From the human T2T-CHM13v2.0 reference genome, Homo sapiens: 64,000 nt of DNA. The notes beneath the pieces were generated by a model. It was not told where the DNA came from. It searched no databases and saw nothing but the letters and a program-made list of their open reading frames with translations. Below, in pieces: positions 32,265 to 47,537 of this stretch; position 1 is the stretch's first letter; each line of letters opens with the position of its first letter. The DNA is taken from assembly GCF_009914755.1 (NCBI RefSeq), contig NC_060927.1; one strand, given 5' to 3'. The translations under genes and the position numbers were made by a program.

Positions 32265-32465
32265 ACTACCCTTTATTGAGTGCTTGCCCTGTGTCAGGCA
32301 CTGTGTTGGGGTGTTTATGTGTAATTAACAAAGCCAAACTTCACAATGTCCCTATAAATAGGTGCTATTACTACCCCTCATTTTATGGATGAAGAAACTG
32401 AGGCAAATCACCTTGCTAAAGGCCAGATAAGCACTGAAATCACATCTGTGTGATTCCAAAATTCT
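32265..32465 (-). mobile_element. MIR
   Basis: tttattgagtgctt...tgtcaggcactgtg...cattttatggatgaagaaactgaggc. Confidence 0.8.
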
Positions 32466-32837
32466 TAGAATTTAGCATGCCTAGGCAAGGATGAATAATA
32501 ATCATAAACGTAGTGAAAATAAGTTGTTTGTGTTTGAAGTCACATAGCACAACCCATGTTAGCAGAACATAAGGTTAGCAACAATGATCTTTGACTGTGC
32601 AGCCTTCTCAGGTAAAATGGCTAGGCTCTCCCAATTTCCTTCTACCTCTAAAGCACCTGCATTTTTGTTGGAGACTAATAAAGCTTTCCTATAGCCACTC
32701 TATGGGAAAATCTCTGTGACAGGGCCTGGGGACCCCATTTAGGAAACTATGGGAGGTCTAGTTGGTATCTAATTGGCAAAGGATTTGCTTCCCTTAAGTT
32801 TTGTAGCTCCCAAAGGGAAAGACTTAGATCTTTAGAA

Positions 32838-33095
32838 TTTTTTTTGAAACAGGGTCTCACTCGAGTGTCCTGGCTGGAGTGCAGTGGTGCAATCTTGGCT
32901 CACTGCAACCTCTGCCTTCTGGATTCAAGCAATAGTCCTGCCTCAGCCTCCTGAGTAGCTGGGACCATAGGCACACACCTTGCCTGGCTGATTTTTGTAT
33001 ATTTTGTAGAGAAGGGGTTTCACTGAGCTCAAGTGATTCTCCCACCTTGGCCTCCAAAAGCTCTGGGATTACAGGTGTAAACCACCATGACCAGC
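32838..33095 (-). mobile_element. AluJ-type SINE with internal left-arm deletion
   Basis: ggggtttcac|tgagctcaag junction lacks about 30 nt of the Alu consensus. Confidence 0.85.
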
Positions 33096-34699
33096 TTAGA
33101 TATTTTTTATAGCTTCCTCTCTCTCAAGGAATGTAGGCCAAGTTGCTCTGAGAGGGGGTTGGGGGCATTTACAAACATTGCTCTCAAAAGTGGTCAGCTC
33201 TGCCAACCTCAAACAAATGCTTCAGAAAAGAGTGCAGCCTCCTCAGTTCAGACCTCCTCTTTCTCCAGAGAAGTTTCTTGTTTTCCACAGGCAGGAAGCA
33301 TCTTTGTTCTTTCTGTTTTCTCAGGATTCTCCATTCTGGTGTTCTGGAATTCACCTACTAGTCTCAAAAATTGCACTTTGCCATTCTTCCCAAAGGGCAG
33401 ACAGGTTCTATACAAACAAGGTTTTTGGCAGTTAGTGCTGGGAGGTCAGACCCATCTAGTCTGATGTGGTGATAGGTGCCCTCCTTCACACCCCCACCTT
33501 CAGTTGATTTTTGCAGCTGCTTGACAGAACCTAGAAGGCAGGGGAGGTAGCCAGGTTCTTCTGTGGCCACCACTGGTACCTGATTACTGGGCTTGCTGAG
33601 CACTGGGCTGGGTATGGAGATGTCCAATAACCACTGTCTGTGTTGGCACAATGTGAACCCAAAGCAAAGTTGAAGGTTAAGGCAAGGAATGTGGTAGAGG
33701 TCGTCGATCGCGAGATGACTTTGCCATTGAGTCATACCCTTCTCTTCCATTTCTGCTTCTGGCTCAGCATTTGAGTAATCCAGACCCAGCCTAGGCAGTG
33801 GAGCATCTCCATTAGCTCTCCCCTTCCCTTCTCTTCCCCTCTTGCACTCACAGCACAGCCTCAGGAGAGGCACAGCTGGATTTACACTTGCCTGTATTGC
33901 TTTGGTGGACAAAACTAGGTCTTTCTGTGACCCACGATAATCACACTGTCTGTATGAGGAGAGCCAGGGTGGTGAGGAATGAGACTCCTCTTGAATACTG
34001 AATTTCTGGGTCTTGACTTCTCAGCAGTGGCATCTTCTTTCCTGGCAGGCATTGTCACATTATCGTTTCAGCTGCACCTGGGGAATGAAAGCCAGAGAAT
34101 GATGTGGCTGCATTGTTCAGAAGCCTCAGGCACCTGCTGTTCAGAATTTCCATGAAGCCACTGCAGAAGGCTCTGGAAAGAGGCATTTGACCTTCCCTTA
34201 CATCAGAAGACAGAAGAGCCAGGGACTAGCATTGGAAATAGAGCCTATTCTAGCTGGAAGGATTCACCTTTGCTCTTGGGAAGAAAAGGAAGTGTTTGAA
34301 GATTTAGTAAATCTTCTGTTCATTATCAAGCCCCAGCAGGACTTTATGATAATTTTTATAACTTCTTCATTCAAAACTCTGGGTGCTATGAAGGTTAATA
34401 ACTTGTGTTTATCAAAACTTCCCTTCAAGGAACTCAGAGAGCTTTGTAGACATTATCTAATTCAGCAGCACCACAGGACAAGGAAACAGGAAAGGGGGAG
34501 AGGATGAACAGACAAAATTATTCCAATTTAGGAGAACTGATAATATTAATAGCTCCAACAGGGAGTTTAAGTGAGTTTTGGAAATCACAGTACAATTTGT
34601 AAGCCATCCAGGAGGAGGTCTCTTCACCCCCAGCACTGGCTGCTTCAGACCACCATCCAGTTCCACCGCTGTCAGTGGGAGGGAGATGGGACACTCGAA

Positions 34700-34830
34700 T
34701 ACAATTTTCTCATCTGTAAAGTGGGGCAATAAGTCTTATTTTTTGGCATTGTTGTGAGATTTAGTAAGGTAAAGGAGTAAAGGTACCAGCACGGTGATTG
34801 GCATTTTGTTAGTGCTCGATGAATATCACC
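34700..34830 (+). mobile_element. MIR fragment
   Basis: ttttctcatctgtaaagtgggg...gttgtgagattt...tagtgctcgatgaat. Confidence 0.75.
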
Positions 34831-37147
34831 TCCCCATGCCCCACTTTCTAGGCAGCCACAGAATATTTTCCTGGTTGACTGAAGGAGCAAATTGCATGTC
34901 TTGTACTCTGCTGAGTATGAGGAAGAAATGTGGGATGCAGGGATTATTTGAGGATAAGGGAACAGTTGTCATTTCTCACCTCTGGAAATTCTGACGTCCA
35001 AAGGGCACAGCCTAATAATGTGAGAAAACTGACCCTCCCTCCCTGAAACCTTGAGCAAAAAGAGCACATATCTGAGTAGAAAGTGAAATGGAGATTTGAA
35101 GTAATTTTATGGTTAATTGGACTGGGGGTGAAAAAAAAAGCCTCTGCCTGAATTGTCTTTGGCTTTCCAGGGTTGAGTCATTTGTGGAGGTTTACATTGC
35201 TCAGCTCATTACACCAGTCTTCCATTTTGCTCTCACTGGAAAAGGAAGCTTCCACGAGTAGGCACTTGACCTGTGTCTGGTTTGGAGTATTCAAGAATGG
35301 CTAGAGATCTCCAATTTTAAGGCAGGAAATGGCTTGAAAGATCTTCCTCCCAAGATCCACAAATAAGGATGAGTGGTACCGCAACCCTATTTAGTATCTG
35401 TGACTTTTTGGGGTCTTAAAAGTCATATGGAGAAGAGAAAAGGAAGGACTCATACAACCAAAGGTCCTTAGGAGCTTTACTGGTGTCCTCATGACCAACC
35501 AGTGTGGGGAGCCAGGGCTTGGACTGCTCCCAACCAGGCTCTCCCATTGCATATTCTGAACAAGACCTGGGTAAGAAAATGAAACACTCCTCTTTTGTTG
35601 GTTTCTTTGTCATTTTCACACTAATTTTAGCCCTGGTTCATCCATGCATATCAGGTGGGATTACTGTGGGGCAGCAGAAGCTTTTGGCTTACAGTCAGAG
35701 GTCTGAAGTTCCTTTTGTTTCCTCCTACAGAAGCTTGTCTGTCTTTGGCACACTCTAGCCCTGGAGGGCTTTGCCAGATATCTAGCCATCAATGGTATTG
35801 CTTGAATTTACCTTCTCTTGTCCTGCATCTTAAAGCAAATAAATTTTGTACTTACATGTGTTAGCTAGTGAAAAGACAAAAGCACACTGTGCCAAGGCAA
35901 AAGGGATGGTAGAGCACTGCCAGGTGGTTGTGGTGATAGGGAAATGATGACTAGAAATATGGATGTCATGTAGCTTAATCTAGGGGGCCAACTTTTCACC
36001 TAATGAGAGTGCAGAATTGCTGTCTCAATTTGAATGGGAGCCATGCTGAGCATTAAGGCCATTTTACTGATGCCACATTGCAAACACAGTGAAGACACAA
36101 AAGAAGACAAAAGTTTTGTTTTGCTGCTAAGTAGGCCTTTCCTCTTCTCTTCAGATTACAATTATTATTCAAAGTTTAGAAGAGGAAGTAAATATACTCA
36201 TTGAAATGTTCTTTGCTAGCCTCACCTTGAAGCCACACAGATTGCTCTAGCATCTTAAGACAAATTTCTTTCCTGGGTATTACCTAGAGAGTGATGAAAA
36301 CTACTTTCCCTGGCTCTCAGCTGAGGCCTCAGAGCCAGGCGGAAAGCTGTTCTGAGACCCTTACCTCTGAATGTCTCAATTCCAGTAGTTTTAAATCTCA
36401 GCCATAAATGTTTCAGAAGAGTGTCTTTTTTTTTTTTTTTTTTGCACTGGAGGTGTATATTCAGTGATTTAATGACCCATCCTGTGACCTAGTATTGCTA
36501 TTGCTGTTGAATGTATAATTCTCTACTTGAAGATGGGCTTTGTTTTTCATCAGTCTCCTAGGCTTTAATTGGAGAATGTCTCACGAAATGCATAAAGAAC
36601 AGGTGCTTAGGACTCATGCAGCAATTAGGAGGGAGATCCGGGTTATCATCCAACAAAGCGGCATCCTCTAGGGCTGGGAGTTGAGAGGAGGCTGAGTGAA
36701 GAGCTGGATTTGGCTCCTAATTTAATGAGCATTAAGTTAAACTAAAATTAGTAGTGTGCATTGTGGAACCTGTGAAATAGAGGAAGAAAAACCACATGTA
36801 GTTCAAGACCAGTACTGGAGGGCCTTGGCAAAGCTGCTAGCAAATAGGTGTGGCCAGGGTTGGTTGTGTGGTCTCAGGTCCACACCTGATTGGCCATGGA
36901 CAATTAACCCAAGTCCTAGGCCATCTGCCAGGTGGTTTGCTAGACCCTGGGTAGTTGCAATGTGAGGATCTGTTTGAATGCTTAGCAAGTTATGTTCTTT
37001 CTGATTGAAAGGTCACTGACTTGTCCTGAGGGAGAGAGACTTCTAGAGCCAGTACATGTAAGCATTCCTCCCTTCCCTACTAGTCCAAATCTGTCCTTGA
37101 TTGCTTCCCAAAGATTTGGAAATTTCTTTCTCTGAAAAGTTATTGTG

Positions 37148-37350
37148 CATTCATTCATTTACTTATTTATCAAATACCTTTTGAAAGCTATGTACTAGAT
37201 AGAATGTTGGAAATAGAGTGATGAACAAACACAGTCCTACTCCAAGGATTTGGTGCCTGGTGGGGAAGACAGGTGCATCTACAGACGCTTTCCATCTGAG
37301 GGTAGTAATTGCTAGGATGGTTGTTTTCACACGTGAAGGGAAGAATTTAA
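37148..37350 (-). mobile_element. L2 3' fragment
   Basis: cattcattcattt...tcaaatac...gtgatgaacaaacacagtcc. Confidence 0.55.
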
Positions 37351-37355
37351 CTCAG

Positions 37356-37376
37356 TCTCTCTTTCTCTCTTTCTCT

Positions 37377-37432
<56 letters not shown>
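37356..37432. repeat. Compound microsatellite: (TC)-rich followed by (GT)26
   Basis: Uninterrupted GT repeat at 37381-37432. Confidence 0.97.
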
Positions 37433-37436
<4 letters not shown>

Positions 37437-37706
37437 CAGGGAAGGTTTCCACAGAGAGACAATGAGTCTTGCAGGACATGCTGAAGCTAAAAGGTGATGG
37501 GAGGTGGGAAGTAGAGATGAGTGGAAAGAAGAGTCTAGGCAAAAGAATAAAGTCTACATGCAAGAATGTGAGCATGTTGTCCAAGTGAGCAAAGCCTGTA
37601 GCCTTCTGAGATATACTGTGCGTTTCTGGGGGTGAAGAAAGGAGCAGCAGGAGCCTGTAGCCCCTCACTGTTCCCTTGAGTAATGGAGTACAAAGAGACT
37701 TTTCTT

Positions 37707-37776
37707 TTTTTTTTTTTTTTTTTAAGATGGAGTCTCACTCTGTTGGGATTATAGGCATGAGCCACTGCGCCCGGCC
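37707..37776 (-). mobile_element. Collapsed mini-Alu (5' ~35 nt fused to 3' ~18 nt, plus poly(A))
   Basis: Minus strand reads ggccgggcgcagtggctcatgcctataatcccaacagagtgagactccatctt(A)n; 15-bp TSD aaagagacttttctt 37692-37706 / 37778-37792. Confidence 0.9.
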
Positions 37777-37824
37777 TAAAGAGACTTTTCTTGGCTTGCT
37801 CCAAGGAGAGAGTTTAGTCCACAG

Positions 37825-38016
37825 TAGACTTGCCAGATTGAACAAATAAAATACAAGATACCCAGTTATATGCGAATTTCGGATAAACAACGAAAAATTT
37901 TTTTAGTATAATTATGTCCTACGCTATATTTGGGATATTCTTACACCAAATAATTACTTTTTGTTCATCTGAAATTTCAATTTAACTGGGCGTCTTGTGT
38001 TTTATCTGGCAATCTA
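37825..38016. mobile_element. MER53 palindromic hAT-type MITE
   Basis: tagacttgccagat...atctggcaatcta termini; internal palindrome cccagtta/taactggg; degenerate 8-bp TSD gtccacag/gtctatag. Confidence 0.88.
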
Positions 38017-38374
38017 GTCTATAGGCATCTCAGGACTAAGGAGGCTGAAGGGGTGCAGAGGATTTGGAATTCCCTAGAGCTTAGGGTAAAACAGACTAAT
38101 CTGCTATTTGGTAGGGCACAGGGACTGTTTTGGGAGTAGAATTTTCTGGCTAACCAATGAAAGTCTCAGAAGGTGAGGACTTTTGGAAAGGGAGGCTTTA
38201 AAAGATTTAGTAAACAAACATAGAACTTATATATGTAATAACAGTGGATTGCAGACAATTTAGAAAAATTCTAAAAGAGGCAGTTAAACTAAGAAGACAA
38301 GAAACATTCATAAATTCACTGATAGCTTATCCAAATATTATACATATGTATGTATAAATATATTTATATATTAA

Positions 38375-39999
38375 CTCATTCATACTTTTTTCAGCCAACA
38401 TTTATTGAGTGCCTTCTTTGTGCCAGGCACTGTTCTAGGCACTAGGATTATAGTAATGGGAGGAAAAAGAACTCAAAGATCCCCACTCTCATACAGCTTA
38501 TATTCTACTGGGAGATACACATGATAAGCAAGAATATAAGTATATATAATATATAATATTTTAGCTAGTGAAAAGTACTAAAGATAAAATTGTTAAATCA
38601 GGACAGGGGGATATGGAATGCTGGGCAGGGGAGGGCCTGGGGTGACAAGGGAAATCATTGCTGTGAAGGTGATTTTTATTTAATTAATTAATTAAAAAGT
38701 AAACTTTAATGTCAAAAATGCAAACTTGAGGAGGGCAGAAAGATCACACACAAGGCTGTCACTTCACACTTGGAGGGTTGCATAGCGGCCGGGCAGAGGC
38801 GCTCCTCACTTCCCAGATGGGGCAGTGGCCAAGCAGAGGCACTCCTCACTTCCCAGACAGTGGGGCGGCCAGGCAGAGGTGTTCCTCACTTCCCATACAG
38901 TGGGTGGCCGGGCAGAGGAACTCCTCACTTCCTAGACGGTGGGTGGCTGGGCAGAGGCGCTCCTCACTTCCCAGACAGGGTGATGGCCAGGCAGAGGCGC
39001 TCCTCATAGAAGGTGATTTTTAAAGACAATCTGAAGGAAGTGAGGGAGTCAGGAGGCTGGTGACAGAGCATTCCACGGTAGGGGAAGAACTGGCAAGTGC
39101 AAAACCCTGGAGGGGCACTATCCCTTGTGTGTTTGAGGAACAGAGAGAGGGCAGGGCAGCTGGAGTGGGTGAACTGAGTGGAGGGCAGTAAGATGGGAGG
39201 TTCTTTTATCTAGCAGGGAAAGTGGCTATATCAGCATAGAGCAGTTCTCCAGAAAAGGGAATAGTTGTGAGCCACTAAGAGTCAACACTCAACAGCAGCT
39301 GGGGAAACTGGATACCTGTCCAGTGAAGGGCGTCTGAGCTGGGCACCAGCAGAATTTAAATTCCACCTGTGTGCTGACAACTCCAAGTTCAAATCTCTAG
39401 CCGGAGCTCTGGAGAAGTAAGGCACCAGATCACACAGGGCCTGCCGGGTCAGAGTGAGAATTTTGGCTTTTCTCTGCAGGAGATGGAGGCCTTTAAAGGG
39501 TTTTGTGCAGTGGAGTGATACTGTTCAATTTCCTTAATAGGATCACTCTGGCAGCTGTTTTGGGAACAGACCTTAGGTGAACAAAGATTAAATCAGAAGA
39601 CCAGTTAGGAGGCTATTGTAATATTCCAGGCAAGATGCAATGGTGGCCTGGACTAGGGATGGTGATGGTGGGAATAATGAGAAGCAGTTCAATTTCGGAT
39701 TATATTTTGAAGGTAGATCTAACAGGATTTGCTGATGGACTGAGGAGGCAGTGACAGAGAGACATCTTGGCAGAGCAGCTGAAAGAGTAGAATTAACCAT
39801 CTATGGACAATGGGAAGAATGCAGACGGAAATGGATTTGGAACAAATATTAGGAGCTCAGTTAGGACAAATACAGTTTGAGAATTAGACTTTATCTGGAG
39901 ATGTTGAGCAGACAATTGGATAGATGAGTCTAGAGTTCAGGGGAGAGCTCTGGCTAGAGATCTGAACTTGGAGTTGTCAGCACACCCGTGGAATTTAAG
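38375..39999 (-). mobile_element. L2 (L2a-like), interrupted by SVA2 and an inverted duplication
   Basis: caacatttattgagtgcc...tgtgccaggcactgttctaggcact; ggatcactctggcagctg; attttgaaggtagatctaacaggatttgctgatgga. Confidence 0.85.
38679..39008 (-). mobile_element. SVA2 element (SVA-type VNTR, unique 3' tail, A-rich end), 5'-truncated
   Basis: About 5.5 units of the ~40-bp ggcagaggcgctcctcacttcccaga VNTR; minus-strand tail tgcaaccctccaagtgtgaagtgacagcc...cattaaagtttacttttt; perfect 14-bp TSD gaaggtgattttta 38665-38678 / 39009-39022; no SINE-R or Alu-like part. Confidence 0.85.
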
Positions 40000-40153
40000 T
40001 TCTGCTGATGCCCAGCTCAGATACCCTTGACTGGACAGGTATCCAGTTTCCCCATCTGCTGTAAGTGTTGGCTCTTAATGGCTAACGCTGCTCCCTTTTT
40101 TGGAGAACTACTCTATGCTGATATAGCTACTTTGCTTGGTAGATAAAAAGAAC
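39200..40153. repeat. ~210-bp inverted repeat (39200-39410 vs 39944-40153), spacer ~530 bp
   Basis: Direct reverse-complement match, e.g. ggggaaactggatacctgtccagt / actggacaggtatccagtttcccc; roughly 85% identity by eye. Confidence 0.92.
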
Positions 40154-40400
40154 ATGACCACCATCCACCCTACTAGGGAACAGTCTGCAGTGAGTGATTG
40201 ACTGTGGTACAATTCATGCTCCAGGACTTTCTGTGGGATCAGGATGGAGCTTGCCTCAGACACCACAGACATACTTCCTTCCATTGACCTCTCTGCTTTC
40301 CTTACTCCCTATGGGTTTATTCCAAGAGCGTCCTCTGAATAAACTACACACACATCTGGATCTCTCTCCCAGGCTTTTCTTCTAGGGAACCTGACCTAAT
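40000..40400 (+). mobile_element. ERVL LTR (LTR16A-like)
   Basis: ctgctgtaagtgttggctcttaatggct...ggagaact; ccaagagc...aataaac...tagggaacctgacctaa end. Confidence 0.65.
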
Positions 40401-41028
40401 GAGAAAATTCCTTGCCGTTACTGGAGGCATGGGGATGTTTGTGCTGCATGCCTGCATGTGCCATTCTTCTGGAAGCATTTGGGCTTTTCAGGTTTTATAT
40501 TATCTGATTGTATGATGAGCCAGGATGGATTTGAGATGGTACCAGCCTCCTAACACCCTGCCGTTAGCAATGCAAGGCTTGTTGTGGGTACAGGCAGGAG
40601 GGCGGGCTGGTCCTGGGGAGAGGCGAGTCATTATTTCTGCCTCAGTGCATTCTAATCATATTTCCCTCTGTCAAACCGAGCAGTACTTTCAATCTTACTG
40701 CAGAGTCTCTGCTTTCCTTCCGCTCGGATCAGAAACAAATCAGCATGATCAAGCCTGGCAGTAGATCATTTAGAGATTTTCGTCTCTGTTAGTAGCCAAG
40801 GGCTGGCAGTGTCTTTTGTATTTGCGTGTGAATGCACGTGTGCGTTTTGCTGTTAAATCGTAGATGGCACTGCCTCCTGTTTTGAAATGCTGTATATTTT
40901 GCACTTTAATTATCAAGAATTGTTGAGGTCATAGAGAAGGACGAATCAGCATAGAACAAACTTCCTAACTGCAAGTCAGCCCAGCATAGTGATTCCGGTT
41001 GTCTGTTTAGTCTTTTATACTTTTCTTT

Positions 41029-41109
41029 CCTTTTTAATTTTTATCTATTTAATTTTATTTTTAATTGACATCTAACATTTGTACATATTCCTGGACTATG
41101 TAGTGATGG
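41029..41109 (-). mobile_element. L1MA5-like extreme 3' end (continues at 48549)
   Basis: T-rich tail then ttttaattgacatctaacatttgtacatatt...gtagtgatg; joins collinearly with gtagtgatgttttaatacatgtaatgtatagtgatcagatcaggg at 48549. Confidence 0.8.
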
Positions 41110-42399
41110 TTTTTTTTCCCATATCTAGGGCATCATGTTTATTTTTTTTCTGTGGGCCATTCTATAAAACACTCAATGGTGACACAATTCAAAGGTAAAA
41201 ATCAGGCTGGGGCATTAGAATTCTTTGGGTAAGGTAAGAGAATCTGGGGGAGGAAAGGGAAATGCTGCGTGGGTTTGGAGCTGCTCCTTTGTTGGAATGC
41301 AGTGGATTCTCCCTCTCCCCTGTGGAAGAGTAGGAAGGCTCGATGCTCGCCTGCCAGTGAGTGGAGTAAGAGCATGACTTGGAGTGTCAGAGTGCATGCA
41401 CAGTTATTGTAGTGATTGAGAAGGCATTAACACGCTTTGGTGGGAAGGCAAAGTCCTTCTGTCCCTGGGGTCTGAGATATCTGTGGTGGGTGGTGTGGGG
41501 GAGAGCTGGGGGAATGGTAGCCCATTTGAGCATATTTCCCAAAAAGAGGCAAATTGACAATAAGTTATTTAAAGTCATACGTTTAACACTATAATAAGAA
41601 AGCCCTGGAGCAAGTGAATTATAAAGTTCTAAAAGGTGGCACCCGGCCTCAGCCACCCCCACCAAGCCAGCCTCTGGCTTCACTGTGACTGGGGAGGGGG
41701 GTGGTGGAAAGGGAAGTGGTTGTGGAGCTAGGCAGAGACTTAGAATGGAAGCTGTCTAAAAACAGCAGGTCATCTCTGGAGAGAGATAGCCTTATGCTGG
41801 GGACCTTATACTGGGGAAGGAGGATTGGAGCATCTGATTGTGGGTTGGATAAGATGGCCCTTCTGGTAGCTCTCAAACCTCATAGGACATAGGAGAGTCT
41901 ATGAGGCAGTGTAAATTAATAAGGAACATTAAGCTTATGAAGGTCTCAGAACAAAACTTTCTACCTCTGTGACCCAGGCATGGGCACCATTTGGCAAAAC
42001 CGTATGTGAAAGGCAAAGGACTTTGAGATGAGGGGAGCATAAAAAGAACGATTTCTGCCTATTTTTAGCCCAGGAAAACAATAACCTGTTTCTTTCATGA
42101 ATGATTTGGATTTGCTGGTTTCCAGATTAGTCAATTTTTTCATGTCTTGCTCTTCCTTCATACCTCCTCCGCCTCTACCAGCCCTTAGACCATACACTTC
42201 TATTCCATCTCCCCTCACCATTCAAGTTGTCTCCAATTTCCAGTCCACTTGCACCAGATTAGCTATCAATAATCCATTAATATATGAAAATATAGCTGTA
42301 TTTTACACTCACACTAGGGCTGTTAGCACACACATGCATTTTCTTTCTTTTTTATTAAAATTTTTTAATTTTTTATTATTTTTTGAGACAGTTTCACTC
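41110..42399 (-). other. Putative L1-mediated 3' transduced segment (~1.3 kb of unique DNA)
   Basis: Lies between the L1 poly(A) at 42400-42420 and a second T tract at 41110-41117; minus-strand AATAAA at 41138-41143; enclosed by TSD gtagtgatg(g/t)ttt. Confidence 0.8.
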
Positions 42400-42627
42400 T
42401 TTTTTTCATTTCTTTTTTTTATTACTATACTTTAAGTTCTAGGGTACATGTGCACAATGTGCAGGTTTGTTACATAAGTATACATGTGCCATGTTGGTGT
42501 GCTGCACCCGTTAACTCGTCATTTACATTAGGTATATCTCCTAATGCTATCCCTTCCCCCTCCCTCTACCCCACGACAGGCCCCGGTGTGTGATGTTCCC
42601 TACCCTGTGTCCAAGTGTTCTCATTGT

Positions 42628-46451
<3,824 letters not shown>

Positions 46452-46514
46452 TATGATGTTAGCTGGTTATTTTACTTGTTAGTTGATTCAGTTTCTTCCT
46501 AGCATTGACGGTCT

Positions 46515-47537
46515 TTACAATTTGGCATGTTTTTGCAGTGGCGGGTACCAGTTGTTCCTTTCCATGTTTAATGCTTCCTGCGGGAGCTCTTTTAAGGCAG
46601 GCCTGGTGGTGACAAAATCTCTCAGCATTTGTTTGTCTGTAAAGGATTTTATTTCTGCTTCACTTATGAAGCTTAGTTTGGCTGGATATGAATTTCTGGG
46701 TTGAAAATTCTTTTCTTTAAGAATGTTGAATATTGGCCCCCACTTTCTTCTGGCTTGCAGAATTTCTGCCGAGACATCCGCTGTTAGTCTGATGGGCTTC
46801 CCTTTGTGGGTAACCGTACCTTTCTCTCTGGCTGCCCTTAACATTTTTTCGTTCATTTTAACTTTGGTGAATCTGACAATTATGTGTCTTGGAGTTGCTC
46901 TTCTCGAGGTCTATCTTTGTGGTGTTCTCTGTATTTTCTGAATTTGAATGTTGGCCTGCCTTGCAAGGTTGGGGAAGTTCTCCTGGATAATATCCTGCAG
47001 AGTGTTTTCCAACTTAGTTCCATTCTCCCTGTCACTTTCAGGTGCACCAATCAGATATAGATTTGGTCTTTTCACATAGTCACATATTTCTTGGAGGCTT
47101 TGTTAGTTTCTTTTTACTCTTTTTTCTCTAAACTTCTCCTCTCGCTTCATTTCATTAATTCGATCTTCCATCACTGATACCCTTTCTTCCACTTGATCAA
47201 ATTGGCTACTGAAGCTTATGCATGCATCATGTAGTTCTGTTGCCGTGGTTTTCAGCTCCATCAGGTCATTTAAGGTCTTCTCTACACTGTTTATTTAGTT
47301 AGCTGTTCGTCTAATCTTTTTTCAAGGTTTTTAGCTTCTTTGCAATGGGTTCGAACATACTCCTTTAGCTCAGAGAAGTTTGTTATTACCAATCATTTGA
47401 AGCCTTCTTCTCTGAATTCATCAGTCATTATCCATCCAGCTTTGTTCTGTTGCTGGTGAGGACCTGTGTTCCTTTGGAGGAGAAGAGGCACTCTGATTTT
47501 TAGAATTTTCAGCTTTTCTGCTCTGGTTTCTCCCCAT
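46515..47537 (-). pseudogene. L1-A ORF1, fragmented
   Basis: C-terminal fragment MLRAAREKG...PPLQKHAKL; upstream part interrupted. Confidence 0.9.

Noticed and set aside
36830-36945. Short inverted motifs (ctagcaaa/tttgctag; aggtgtgg/ccacacct)
   Set aside because: The arms are only 8 bp, compatible with chance.
38785-39008. GC-rich ~40-bp repeats as a CRISPR-like array or coding repeat
   Set aside because: The units are head-to-tail without unique spacers, match the SVA VNTR and are bounded by a retroposition TSD.
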